IMG/VR virus record: IMGVR_UViG_2799112265_000001 | Span: 1 to 64,000 of that record | Source: a virus | Lineage: Duplodnaviria > Caudoviricetes | Direction: 5' to 3' (one strand) | Length of the DNA stretch: 64,000 bases | In this document: one piece after another, positions 19,598-28,697 of the stretch | How positions within the stretch are numbered: the stretch's first letter is position 1 | Layout of the letters: every line of letters begins with the position of its first letter | Position numbers and translations under genes: made by a program | The notes under the pieces: model-generated | The model's input: the letters and a program-made list of their open reading frames with translations, nothing else | The model's database searches: none | What the model was told of the DNA's origin: nothing

Positions 19598-20860
19598 GTG
19601 CTCTCCACCGACGACCTCATTGACCTGTGCACCACAATCCCTCTCTGGATTGTGGTCGCCGTCCGCGCGTACTACTGGCCGAAGACGTCGGGCAAGCGCG
19701 CCATCCTCGCCACGTTCGCCGCGCTCGCCTTCGGCGCCACCCTGCGGCTGTCCCCGTTCGAACTCGCCCTCGCCGACGTCACCGGCATCGACGACGCCGC
19801 CGTCCTGCCCAAGCACCTGTCCGTCATGGTCGCCTGCACCCTGCTGGTCGGCTGGATCGAGTCCGTCGTACCGCCCAGCGCCACCGGGAGCGAACCGGCC
19901 TGGCGCCGCTGGTTCGCCTTCAAGCCCCGCATGGTGATCCTCGCCGTCACCAGCGCGGCCGCGGCCGTCGCCTTCCCGTTCGCCGCACCCTCGGTCACCG
20001 CCCCCGACGGCAGCCTCGACTTCGCCTCCGGCCAGTACGGCGACGTCGCCGGCACCACGCACCTGTGCCTCTACCTGATCAGCATGGGCGTGGCCCTCGC
20101 GCCCTCCGCGCTGCTGTGCCTCACCGTCGCCCGCCGCACCGACGACCGGCTGCTGCGACGGTGCATGCTGCTCATGGCCGCAGGCGCCGGAATGGGCGTC
20201 CTCTACCCCGTCTACCGGATCTCCTTCCTGGTCTGCGGCTTCACCCCGTGGACGTACCCGCTGGACGAGGGGGAGTTCCACCTCGGCGGCTCCCTGATCC
20301 AGCTCGTGACGATCCTCCTCGTCATCGTCGGCAGCTCCGTGCGCGCCATCGACCTCGCCGTACGCGCTATGCGCCACCGGCGCAGCCTGATCGCCCTGCG
20401 CCCCCTGTGGGAGGAACTCGTCGGCGTCCTCTCCGCCGACGTCATCACCGACCGCATGCAGCACACCCCCTCCGCCCGGGAGGAACGCCACCGCCTGCGC
20501 GGCCTCTACGAGCTGCTCGACCAGCGGGTTGTCGACGTCTCCGACGCCACCTTCAACCTGCTCCCCTGGGCCGACCACGACATGCCCCAACGCGCCCTGG
20601 ACGCCGCGCACCGGGCCGGCCTGTCCGGCCGAGACGCCAAGGCCGCCCAGGAGGCCATGTGCATCCGCGCGGCCCGGCTGCGCTGCGTCGGCGGCGACGA
20701 GGAAGCCGCCCGCCCGGTCGTCTCCATGCTCACCTTCGACCACGACACCCGCGCCAGCGCGGCGTGGCTGTCCCGGGTGGCCCGCTTCTACAACTCCCCC
20801 GACCTCGCCGACGAAGCCACCCGCCTCGCCGGCCACCCCGTTCTCCAGGAAGCCGCATGA
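19598..20860 (+). CDS. MAB_1171c-family multi-pass membrane protein with cytoplasmic C-terminal domain
   Basis: About seven hydrophobic segments followed by LRPLWEEL..RVVDVSD; usual position after XRE plus peptidase genes. Confidence 0.7.
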   Translation: MLSTDDLIDLCTTIPLWIVVAVRAYYWPKTSGKRAILATFAALAFGATLRLSPFELALADVTGIDDAAVLPKHLSVMVACTLLVGWIESVVPPSATGSEPAWRRWFAFKPRMVILAVTSAAAAVAFPFAAPSVTAPDGSLDFASGQYGDVAGTTHLCLYLISMGVALAPSALLCLTVARRTDDRLLRRCMLLMAAGAGMGVLYPVYRISFLVCGFTPWTYPLDEGEFHLGGSLIQLVTILLVIVGSSVRAIDLAVRAMRHRRSLIALRPLWEELVGVLSADVITDRMQHTPSAREERHRLRGLYELLDQRVVDVSDATFNLLPWADHDMPQRALDAAHRAGLSGRDAKAAQEAMCIRAARLRCVGGDEEAARPVVSMLTFDHDTRASAAWLSRVARFYNSPDLADEATRLAGHPVLQEAA

Positions 20861-21483
20861 GCACCACCGCCCCGCCCACCCCTCCGGCTCCCGCGCGCGA
20901 GGAGAACCGGACTGCCCGCCTCATCACCGACGGCATGGACCCCGCCAAGGTGATCGTCGCGGTGAGCGTCGGCGTCGGCCTGGCCCAGGACAACCGCATC
21001 ACCGGTGTCCTGTGGGCGGTCGAGGCCGTCGTGTTCGCCGCGGTGATACCGCTGCTGCTCATCGAGCGCGGCAAGCGGGCCGGGAAGTGGGACGACCGGC
21101 ACGTAGGCCAGGTCCAGCGCCGGAAGACCCTGATCCCCGCCATCATGGCCTCCGTCGCTGTCGGCATCGGCGGCATGCTCGCCCTCGACGCGCCCCGGCA
21201 GATGGTCGCCCTGGCCGCCGCGATGGTCGCCACCCTCGCCGTCATCCTCGTCCCCACCTCGGTGTGGGACTGGAAGATCAGCGTGCACACCGCCGTGGCC
21301 GGCGGCGCCCTGGCGATGCTCGCCCTCACCTGGGGGCCGCTCGTCTGGGCCGCCTACCCGCTGGTCGCCGTCATCGCCTGGTCCCGGATCAGCCTCCGCG
21401 ACCACACCCCCGCCCAGACCCTCGCCGGAGCCCTCGCGGGCACCCTCACCGCCGGCGTCGTCTTCGCGGCCCTCGCCTCATGA
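20857..21483 (+). CDS. PAP2-like membrane phosphoesterase
   Basis: WKISVH and WSRISLRDHTPAQ motifs; ATGA-coupled to the previous gene. Confidence 0.75.
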   Translation: MSTTAPPTPPAPAREENRTARLITDGMDPAKVIVAVSVGVGLAQDNRITGVLWAVEAVVFAAVIPLLLIERGKRAGKWDDRHVGQVQRRKTLIPAIMASVAVGIGGMLALDAPRQMVALAAAMVATLAVILVPTSVWDWKISVHTAVAGGALAMLALTWGPLVWAAYPLVAVIAWSRISLRDHTPAQTLAGALAGTLTAGVVFAALAS

Positions 21484-21515
21484 CACTAAGACCGAAGCGG
21501 CGGTAGATCCCCGGC

Positions 21516-22232
21516 ATGCAGACGACGCGCGCGACCGCGCCCACCGACGACACCCCCCGTCACATCAGCTTCATCGCTGACGGCAACCGGCGCTGGGCCG
21601 AACTCCACGGCACCACCCGCGAACAGGGCTTCCGCAAGGGCGCGGCCGCCGTCCACCAGGTCCTCGACCACTGCCGGAACCTCGGTGTCGAGACCGCGTC
21701 CGTGTTCCTGATGTCCGCCCGGAACTTCCACCGGGCGCCCGCCGAGGTCGCCGTCCTCAACGAGGTCATCGCCGACCTGGTCGACGCCGAAGCCGCCGCC
21801 GCCACCGGCCCGCTCCGCATCCTCGGCAGCCACCAGGTACTCCAGGACCACGCCAGCCCCCGGCTGATCAAGGCCATCAACGACGCCCGCCGCTCCACCG
21901 CCGACCTGACGGGGATGACGGTCTGTCTCGGCATCGGCTACGACGGCCGCACCGACATGCAGCAGGCCGTCGCCCGCGCCCTCATCGCCCCCGACTACGA
22001 CGAGCGCGCCGAGCTGCCCGTCGACCGCTACCTGTCCACGGCCGGCCTGCCCGACCCCGACCTGATCGTGCGCAGCTCCGGCGAGCGCCGCCTGTCCGGC
22101 TGGATGCTCCACCAGTCCGCGGACTCCACCCTCGTCTTCGACGACCAGCGGTACTGGCCCGAGTACGGGCCCGACGCCGTCGACGACGCGATCGGCGTGC
22201 ACAACGAGCAGCGGCGCACCTTCGGCTACTGA
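21516..22232 (+). CDS. uppS: cis-prenyltransferase (UppS family)
   Basis: PRHISFIADGNRRWA, YDGR, PDPDLIVRSSGERRLS and C-terminal RTFG. Confidence 0.9.
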   Translation: MQTTRATAPTDDTPRHISFIADGNRRWAELHGTTREQGFRKGAAAVHQVLDHCRNLGVETASVFLMSARNFHRAPAEVAVLNEVIADLVDAEAAAATGPLRILGSHQVLQDHASPRLIKAINDARRSTADLTGMTVCLGIGYDGRTDMQQAVARALIAPDYDERAELPVDRYLSTAGLPDPDLIVRSSGERRLSGWMLHQSADSTLVFDDQRYWPEYGPDAVDDAIGVHNEQRRTFGY

Positions 22233-22244
22233 CCAAGAGCCGGT

Positions 22245-22298
22245 TTGCACAATTGTGCAAGCGCTCCCGAGGCCCCGTACGGGTGACGTACGGGGCCT
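22245..22298. promoter_or_regulatory. Two palindromes upstream of parA (candidate centromere/operator and terminator)
   Basis: Perfect TTGCACAATTGTGCAA at 22245-22260; 12-bp stem at 22270-22298. Confidence 0.45.
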
Positions 22299-22371
22299 TA
22301 CCACGTGCCTCTCCGGCGCCGATACGGGAGCGCCGCCCAAAACGGTCACCCGGTCTGACTATCGTCCCCCC

Positions 22372-23295
22372 ATGACAGAAACCACCGCGGCCCCCACGAT
22401 CGGCGCCCAGAGTGCGCGCTCGGAGCGGCCCGAGACCGAACAGGAACGGCCCGAGACCGAACAGGAGCGGCGGGAACGCATCCGTGCGGACCTGATGCAG
22501 AACCGTCCTGACGCCTGCCGCATCATCGCCATGTGCAACCAGAAGGGCGGTGTCGGCAAGACCACGACGACCATGAACCTCGGCGGCTCCCTCGCCGAGT
22601 ATGGCCGCCGTGTCCTCCTCGTCGACGGCGACCCTCAGTGCAATCTCACCGAAGGCTTCGGCCTCAGGCCGCCTGGCCCCGACGACCTGACGCAGGCCCA
22701 AGTCGTCCTCGACGCCCTTGACCCCCTCGACCTCGTCCAAGAGACACAGGTGCCGGGGCTCTACGTCCTCCCGGCGAGCCTGGACATGGCCGGCCTCTCC
22801 AGCGACCTCCGCGACACGGGGACCGGGCTGACGCTGTACCGGGTGATGCTGGACAAGCTGCGCCCGTACTTCGACGATGTGCTCCTCGACCAGCGTCCCG
22901 CGCTGGACCTGGACACTGACTCGCAGATCGCCGGATCTGACGCCGCGATCATCATGACCGACGTCGACGAGTGGGCGATGAAGGGCCTCACCCGGCAGCT
23001 CGCCCAGCACCGGAAGGTCATGGCCCGCACCCAGCGGGATGACTTTGAAGTCCTGGGCTTGGTCATCGGCCGCATCCAGAAGCCGATGGGGAACTTCGAT
23101 GCCGAGGTCTACAAGCTGCTGCAGAACCATCCCCGGGTGCGTTGCCTCGGCGAGGTACCCGTCCGGGCGGCGGACCTCAAGGAGGCCCGCAACAAGGGGC
23201 TTCCCGTGACCCACTACAAGAAGACGGCGCGCACGGACACGGCCAGTTTCTTCCGCAACATCGCCATGAGTGCCGGGCTGGTGAAGGCCGCATGA
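22372..23295 (+). CDS. parA: ParA/Soj partition ATPase
   Basis: Deviant Walker A NQKGGVGKTT, VLLVDGDPQCNLT; leaderless behind TATCGT. Confidence 0.95.
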   Translation: MTETTAAPTIGAQSARSERPETEQERPETEQERRERIRADLMQNRPDACRIIAMCNQKGGVGKTTTTMNLGGSLAEYGRRVLLVDGDPQCNLTEGFGLRPPGPDDLTQAQVVLDALDPLDLVQETQVPGLYVLPASLDMAGLSSDLRDTGTGLTLYRVMLDKLRPYFDDVLLDQRPALDLDTDSQIAGSDAAIIMTDVDEWAMKGLTRQLAQHRKVMARTQRDDFEVLGLVIGRIQKPMGNFDAEVYKLLQNHPRVRCLGEVPVRAADLKEARNKGLPVTHYKKTARTDTASFFRNIAMSAGLVKAA

Positions 23296-24218
23296 GCAGC
23301 GGATTCAACCTGGGCTGGGGCGACGAAGCGGAGCCCGAGGCAACTGCGGACACCCTGAACGCCGTCGACGCCACTCGGGACCAGCATCGCCAGCAGACCC
23401 ACGCCGCCGAGATCGAGAAGGCGGTCGCCGATGCCGTCGAGGAGATCCGGCCCGGCCTGGACAAGGTCCCCGACCCGGTGGAGCCCGCCGGGGAGGGCGC
23501 GCTCACTGCCGAGGAGAGGGAGCGGCTCCGGCAGTGCAATGACGCCATCGACCTGCACGAGACCGCCTGGTTCATGCTGGGGAAGTCGCTGGACACCATG
23601 GCCACCGGCCGCCTGTTCCGCGACACCCGGCACAAGCTGGAGCCCGAGCGCTGCTACGAGACCATCGAAGAGTGGGCGGTGGTGGAGAAGGGCATCTCCG
23701 TCTCCAAGTGCAGCCAGTACCGGGCCGCCTGGGCGATCGGCGAGATCCTCAAGGCCCGCGGCCTCGACGCGAACCCCGGCCAGGTCCGCGAAATTGTGCC
23801 GGTGCGGAAGGCGTACGGCCTGAACGCTGCGGTCGGCGTGTACCTCCTCGTCGCTGAAGTGGCCGGCAAGGACAAGGTCACCGCCGAGCGGCTGCGGGAG
23901 ACGGTCAAGCTCCTGCCCGGGGACCTGCAACTCATCGAGGACGACGACCCCGAGGCGATGGCCAAGGTCATCAAGGGCGTCCTTCTCGACGAGGCCCCCG
24001 CGCCCCTGCCAGCACTGTCCGCTCCGCTGCGCCGAAGCGTGGACCGGCGGGCCGTCGACCTGGCCGACACCCTGGGCCGCGGCCGCATCCCCCGCCAGGA
24101 GGTCACCGTGCACCTCCTGGAGGCGTTCGCCGACCCCAAGGACACGCGGATGTTCGATCTGCTCCGCGAGCGCATGGAAAAGGCCACGAAGAAGGCCAAG
24201 CGCAAGCAACTGCCGTAG
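23292..24218 (+). CDS. ParA partner protein, non-canonical centromere-binding candidate
   Basis: ATGA-coupled to parA; helical; no ParB CTPase GxxR motif seen. Confidence 0.6.
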   Translation: MSSGFNLGWGDEAEPEATADTLNAVDATRDQHRQQTHAAEIEKAVADAVEEIRPGLDKVPDPVEPAGEGALTAEERERLRQCNDAIDLHETAWFMLGKSLDTMATGRLFRDTRHKLEPERCYETIEEWAVVEKGISVSKCSQYRAAWAIGEILKARGLDANPGQVREIVPVRKAYGLNAAVGVYLLVAEVAGKDKVTAERLRETVKLLPGDLQLIEDDDPEAMAKVIKGVLLDEAPAPLPALSAPLRRSVDRRAVDLADTLGRGRIPRQEVTVHLLEAFADPKDTRMFDLLRERMEKATKKAKRKQLP

Positions 24219-24231
24219 GCGGTCTCGAGAA

Positions 24232-24270
24232 CGCGTGGGCCCGGCCGAAGGGAACGGCCGGGCCCACGCG
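24232..24270. terminator. Hairpin after the par operon
   Basis: 16-bp stem cgcgtgggcccggccg with 7-nt loop. Confidence 0.75.
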
Positions 24271-24425
24271 CGTGTCTGCGAGCCTACGCCCGCCTCCCCG
24301 GCCCACCAGCCCCAGGTACAGCGGAGGGCCCCAGGAACGGCGTCCTGGGGCCCTCCACGGCTCACTCTGGGCGTGAGCACATCGGCCGTTCGATCGTACG
24401 CTCTACCGGCCGCCTACCCTGAAGG

Positions 24426-24902
24426 TCACCGGGTGATCGTGCACGGCACCCGCAGCCAGAGAACCCGCCCAGCGGCGATCAGCGGCTCGAAGTCGTCGAG
24501 CGTCGCCATTGGTCCCGTGATCAGGACCACGCTGCCGGCGGCCTCGACCGCCACTGGCCAGTCAGGCGTTGTCGGCATCGTGCCGTCGTAGAACGCTCGG
24601 CCGCCGGGCAACTGGATGTGCAGCGCGTGCGTGGCCGGGTTCAGGTGGGCCGCCAGCTCCGGCACCGGGGGAGCGTCGAACGTGGGCGGGAGCGTGAACG
24701 GTCGCGCCCCGTGATGCTCCATCACAAACGCCACCGCGTCGGCAGCTTGCAGCTCGCCGTCCTTGCCGACCAGGGACACCGTGTCCGGCTGGACCATCAC
24801 GATCACGGGTTCACCGCCGATGGTCGCCGACTGGGCTCGCAGCCTGGACGTCGGCGCCGTGGTGTGCACCCCATGGACGTCCCGCTCGTTCTGCCCGCTC
24901 AC
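24426..24902 (-). CDS. Hypothetical protein
   Basis: RBS GAGGAG before GTG. Confidence 0.55.
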   Translation of the reverse strand: MSGQNERDVHGVHTTAPTSRLRAQSATIGGEPVIVMVQPDTVSLVGKDGELQAADAVAFVMEHHGARPFTLPPTFDAPPVPELAAHLNPATHALHIQLPGGRAFYDGTMPTTPDWPVAVEAAGSVVLITGPMATLDDFEPLIAAGRVLWLRVPCTITR

Positions 24903-25115
24903 TCGGTTCTCCTCTACTCCTGGGGGATGACCGCTCCGACGGCACAGATCCCCGCTGACGGGGAGCAGCTTGGCGGCCACAAAGGGCTGGGCGATCCCCG
25001 CCAGCGCGGGGGCTACGCAGGGCAATGCCCATGCGGCTGAGACACCCCCGCTTCGGCGGGGAGCAGTGACGCGATCGTAGCAACGCCGGCACGACCGGAA
25101 GGGGCGATGCGGGAC

Positions 25116-26864
25116 TCAGTGGTGCAGGCGAGCGTGTGCGCCGTGGTCGTTCGCCAGATGGGTGTAGCAGTCCACCTCGCACGCCAGGCCGAGGGAGGCG
25201 ATCATCCAGCCGGCCGGGGCAGTGGTGGTGCCGCAGTGCGCGCAGTGCTTCGCGCCGCCCGGCGGGCACGGGACATCGCCGATGCGGGGGCGACGCGGCT
25301 CCGGCCGGTATGGCTCCCGCTCGTACTTGTACTGCTGGTACTCGCTGCGGGCGTCGTCGCGCAGGAAGTACCTGCCACCCCGGTCGTCGGGCTCCTCCAG
25401 CCCGCCGCCGTACGCCTCGACCTCCCACCAGGTGGCCGGAGCGCCATCGGAGAGCTGCGCGCTGATCTCCACCAGCCGCATCCGCTCCCCGTACGGGTTC
25501 AGGCCCTTGTCGTACAGCTCCTCCCGGCTGGTCACCTCCACGATGTCCAGCGCCTCGAACCGGGCCCGCAGGGCTTCGGCCGCCTCACGCTCCGCGACCT
25601 GCTTCACTGCGCGCGCCGCGTCCCGCTTCGCCTTGGCCGCCGCACGCTTCGCCTCCCGCTTCGCCTCGGCGGCCTTCTCTGCGGCCCGCTGCTCCGCTTC
25701 GGCCGCCCGCTGCTGCTCGTACTCCTCCAGCGACGGGTGATCGGCGCAGCGGCCCGTGTGCTGCACCTCGCGGCGGCCGGTGCCCTCACGCACGAGGACC
25801 ACACGCGCGGTGCTCGGTGCAACAGGCACTCCGCACCGCCCGCACGGAGTGCCCACCTGCGCCAGGTCGGCGAGCGGACAGTGGCGGTTGTGCTCCAGCT
25901 CGGCCTCGGGGCCGTGCCCGACGATGACGCCGGCGTGCGCCGCGAGCTTCCCGCCGCACCACCGGCACACTCCGGCCTTGAGGTTCGGGCGGCCGGGGCC
26001 GGGGTCGGTGACGCGCACCGGCAGGTCCCCGACGGGTGGGTGCGCGGCGAGGTACTTGCGGAGCTGCTTCAGCGCGGCCGGACCGAAGGCGCCTTTCGCG
26101 GTCTTGAAGTGCCGCGCCCACAGGGGCTTGAGCCCGCCGTCGGCCTGGACCAGGAGGAGCTGGAGCGCCGCGTCCATCTCGGGGTAGGACTTCCCGCCGT
26201 GGTACGCCTGCGCCCATCCGGTGACGTGCTGGTCCACGACCAGGACCAGGGCGCCGGGCAGCGTCTCAACACCTGCGCCGTGCCCCACCTCGGGCCCGAG
26301 GACGGTGTCCCGGCCCGTCGTGGCCTTCTCGTCCACCCCGGTCAGCACCTGCCGCCACGACCGGTACACGTCCGCTTCGCTCGGTACGCGCGGGACGGTG
26401 ATGCGTACTGCCTGTCTGGTCACGTCTCCTCCGTGAGTCTGCTCGCTGTGCGCGGCACGGGATACATCGTTCCGTTCGGCACCGACATCGCTCGGTTCTC
26501 CGGGGGTCGCCTCCGGCGAGGTGGCGGCCGGCCTGTCGTCGCACGCTCGCCGCTTCGCCTGCTCGTGGGCGTCGGCCAGGTCCGCGGCCTTCCGCATGAT
26601 GGCCGTGCCGTCACGGTGGGAGTGCACGGCCTGCGCCACGTAGCCGCCCCACTCCTGCGCGCTGGCCAGCTTCGTCCGCAGCGCGGCGAGTTCCTCCAGG
26701 GCGGCCTTCAACTCCGCCTCCACGGTGGGGCAGTCGCAGCCGTCGATGTCCGGGTTGTCGACACGGGTCATGCACCCCGGCACCAGGAACCGGTCCCCGC
26801 TCGGGTCCTCCCACCAGTGGCAGCGCAGAGCCCCCCGAGTCTCCGAGACCTCAGGCTCACGCAC
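25116..26864 (-). CDS. Hypothetical multi-CxxC protein, possibly two in-frame genes (second start at 26423)
   Basis: CRWC, CGRC and CAHC motifs; internal GGAGG RBS before GTG 26423. Confidence 0.6.
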   Translation of the reverse strand: MREPEVSETRGALRCHWWEDPSGDRFLVPGCMTRVDNPDIDGCDCPTVEAELKAALEELAALRTKLASAQEWGGYVAQAVHSHRDGTAIMRKAADLADAHEQAKRRACDDRPAATSPEATPGEPSDVGAERNDVSRAAHSEQTHGGDVTRQAVRITVPRVPSEADVYRSWRQVLTGVDEKATTGRDTVLGPEVGHGAGVETLPGALVLVVDQHVTGWAQAYHGGKSYPEMDAALQLLLVQADGGLKPLWARHFKTAKGAFGPAALKQLRKYLAAHPPVGDLPVRVTDPGPGRPNLKAGVCRWCGGKLAAHAGVIVGHGPEAELEHNRHCPLADLAQVGTPCGRCGVPVAPSTARVVLVREGTGRREVQHTGRCADHPSLEEYEQQRAAEAEQRAAEKAAEAKREAKRAAAKAKRDAARAVKQVAEREAAEALRARFEALDIVEVTSREELYDKGLNPYGERMRLVEISAQLSDGAPATWWEVEAYGGGLEEPDDRGGRYFLRDDARSEYQQYKYEREPYRPEPRRPRIGDVPCPPGGAKHCAHCGTTTAPAGWMIASLGLACEVDCYTHLANDHGAHARLHH

Positions 26865-27093
26865 CCGCCGTCCCCTTCCGTGAGTGCAGCACGACCATCA
26901 TGGCATCGGCCGGCTGCGGGCCCTGCCCGGAGCACGGGGGGCAGAAGTCCTTGCCCGTCGGCGGGGTCCGCCAGCCGCGTGCCCGAGCAGCCGCGCGCGC
27001 TTCCTCTGCCGTGTGCGCGTCGGTCGTCAGGAATCCGGCACAGGCCGACTCCCGCCACACGGTGTTGCAGTGCAGCGTGATCCGGACGCTCAT
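26857..27093 (-). CDS. Small zinc-binding hypothetical protein
   Basis: C..C and GW..DFCPPC; overlaps both neighbouring genes. Confidence 0.6.
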   Translation of the reverse strand: MSVRITLHCNTVWRESACAGFLTTDAHTAEEARAAARARGWRTPPTGKDFCPPCSGQGPQPADAMMVVLHSRKGTAGA

Positions 27094-27212
27094 GACGCCA
27101 CCGCGTACAGCATCCGGCGGTGATTCCCGCCGTTCCGATCGGCCGCCCACCGGTCGACGAACCACCGGCGGCTGTTCGGCCTGCGCCTGCGCGGGGTGAT
27201 GTTCCACTGCAT
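27090..27212 (-). CDS. 40-aa Arg-rich peptide (absent from the ORF track)
   Basis: GAGGAGG RBS; MQWNITPRRRRPNSRRW..; ATGA overlap with the next gene. Confidence 0.55.
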   Translation of the reverse strand: MQWNITPRRRRPNSRRWFVDRWAADRNGGNHRRMLYAVAS

Positions 27213-27222
27213 GTCTGCCTCC

Positions 27223-27525
27223 TCAGGCCACGTCGGTGATCGGGTGCGTGCTGGACGGGACGAGCCGAAGGTTGGGGCGCGCGGCCTTCGCCTTCGCCTG
27301 GGCCCGCGCCCGGCTGTTCTTCCGCTTGCGGTCCGAGGTGGGGTCCTCGTGCCTCCACCCCGCCGTGCCGGCGTCCAGCTCGGCCAGGTGCCGGGCCTGC
27401 TCCTCCTCGCTCCACCGTGGCGGCTCGGCCCGCGCCGGAGCGGCGGGCGGCGCCTGCGGGGGAGCCGGGCGACCGAAGCGGCCGGTCGGTATCGCCTCGG
27501 CCATCAGCCGTTCGTACGGCGTCAT
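27223..27525 (-). CDS. Hypothetical protein
   Basis: MTPYERLMAEAIPTG; GGAG RBS and a class II promoter upstream. Confidence 0.6.
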   Translation of the reverse strand: MTPYERLMAEAIPTGRFGRPAPPQAPPAAPARAEPPRWSEEEQARHLAELDAGTAGWRHEDPTSDRKRKNSRARAQAKAKAARPNLRLVPSSTHPITDVA

Positions 27526-27595
27526 GTGCAACTCCACTCCCTGGGGCGCCGGGTCATGATGTGGAACGTCACGACCCGGCATCCTGTGACACCCG

Positions 27596-28048
27596 TCAGA
27601 ACAGGCCGGACTGCCCGGCCGCCTCCAGCTCCGCCCGCTCCTCCGCCGCGCGCTCCTCGGCCTGCTGGCGGCGCAGCAGCTCCCGGACCGGCGCCTGCCG
27701 CTTGGCGGCCGCCGTCTTCCGGGCCTGCAACTCGTCGGACGTCGCCCAGCGCACCCGCACCTCGTTGTCGGCGAGCCCCGCCGCGTTGCCGTCGACGTGG
27801 CACTTCACGTACGGCTGCTCCAGGCGGTGCCGAACCTCCCGCAGGTTGGCGAACCAGTCGGGGCCGTACGCGGCGGCGATCACCACGAGCGTCCCGGTCT
27901 CGTCGACGGTCTGGCGCACGGAGAAGCCGTCGTCGTGCTCGGTCAGGGGACGGTCGGACGTCTGCTCGGCCTCGGTCAGCCCGAGGTCGTTCAGGCCGCC
28001 TTGGACCAGGTGCCGGCGGATGGTGTGGACGCGTGTGGGTCGGGACAT
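27596..28048 (-). CDS. Hypothetical protein
   Basis: Preceded by an AGAGCAA hairpin and CGAAGGAA RBS. Confidence 0.65.
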   Translation of the reverse strand: MSRPTRVHTIRRHLVQGGLNDLGLTEAEQTSDRPLTEHDDGFSVRQTVDETGTLVVIAAAYGPDWFANLREVRHRLEQPYVKCHVDGNAAGLADNEVRVRWATSDELQARKTAAAKRQAPVRELLRRQQAEERAAEERAELEAAGQSGLF

Positions 28049-28122
28049 GACGGGTGTTCCTTCGGTTCGGGGTGGGGCGGGGGCCGGTTGCTCTCCGGCC
28101 CCCTTGCGGTGCTGCGGTGCTG

Positions 28123-28638
28123 CTAGTGGTCGCCGGGGGCGTCCGGGTGGACCGGGCACGGCCCGTACACGCCGGGGCGGCCGGGGATCTCCGGGTGCAC
28201 GTGCCGTTCACCGGACAGGGAGCACGCGGTGGCCGGGTCCTCGGCGCAGCTCACGACGCACAGGCACGTCCAGTCGCGCCCGATCCACTCCACGAGCGCC
28301 GCCCGGTACTGCTGCTCGGCCAGCGCGGCGACCTCGCCGAGCGCCCGGATACGCGGGTCGTGCAGCCCGATCGCCTCGGCGACCCACGGCACGGCGGCGA
28401 CCTGCTCGGCCGTCCGGCGGTACAGCGCACCCTCCACGGTCTCCACGAGCTGCTCCAGCGGCATGGGCTTGCGGTCGGGGTCGGGCGACGGCTGGATCAT
28501 GCCCAGGATGGCGGTCACGGCGTCCGTGAGCGTCTGCATGGCGGTCATGGTGGCGCCGTCCTCGGCGTACGTCTCGGCGAGGTCGACGCGCTCGCGTATC
28601 TGGGCGAACCGCTGGGCGAGCTTGCTGGTGGTGGACAT
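28123..28638 (-). CDS. Hypothetical protein with C-terminal Cys/His cluster
   Basis: GAGAGGA RBS; CLC..C..C..HVH..CPVH. Confidence 0.6.
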   Translation of the reverse strand: MSTTSKLAQRFAQIRERVDLAETYAEDGATMTAMQTLTDAVTAILGMIQPSPDPDRKPMPLEQLVETVEGALYRRTAEQVAAVPWVAEAIGLHDPRIRALGEVAALAEQQYRAALVEWIGRDWTCLCVVSCAEDPATACSLSGERHVHPEIPGRPGVYGPCPVHPDAPGDH

Positions 28639-28697
28639 GGGTTCCTCTCTCGGGTTGCCGGGGCGCCCACGGCGGGCGCCCCGGAAGTCAGCGGGGG

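Noticed and set aside
22423-22467. 21-bp tandem duplication in parA
   Set aside because: In-frame ERPETEQ repeat in a disordered N-terminus; likely replication slippage.
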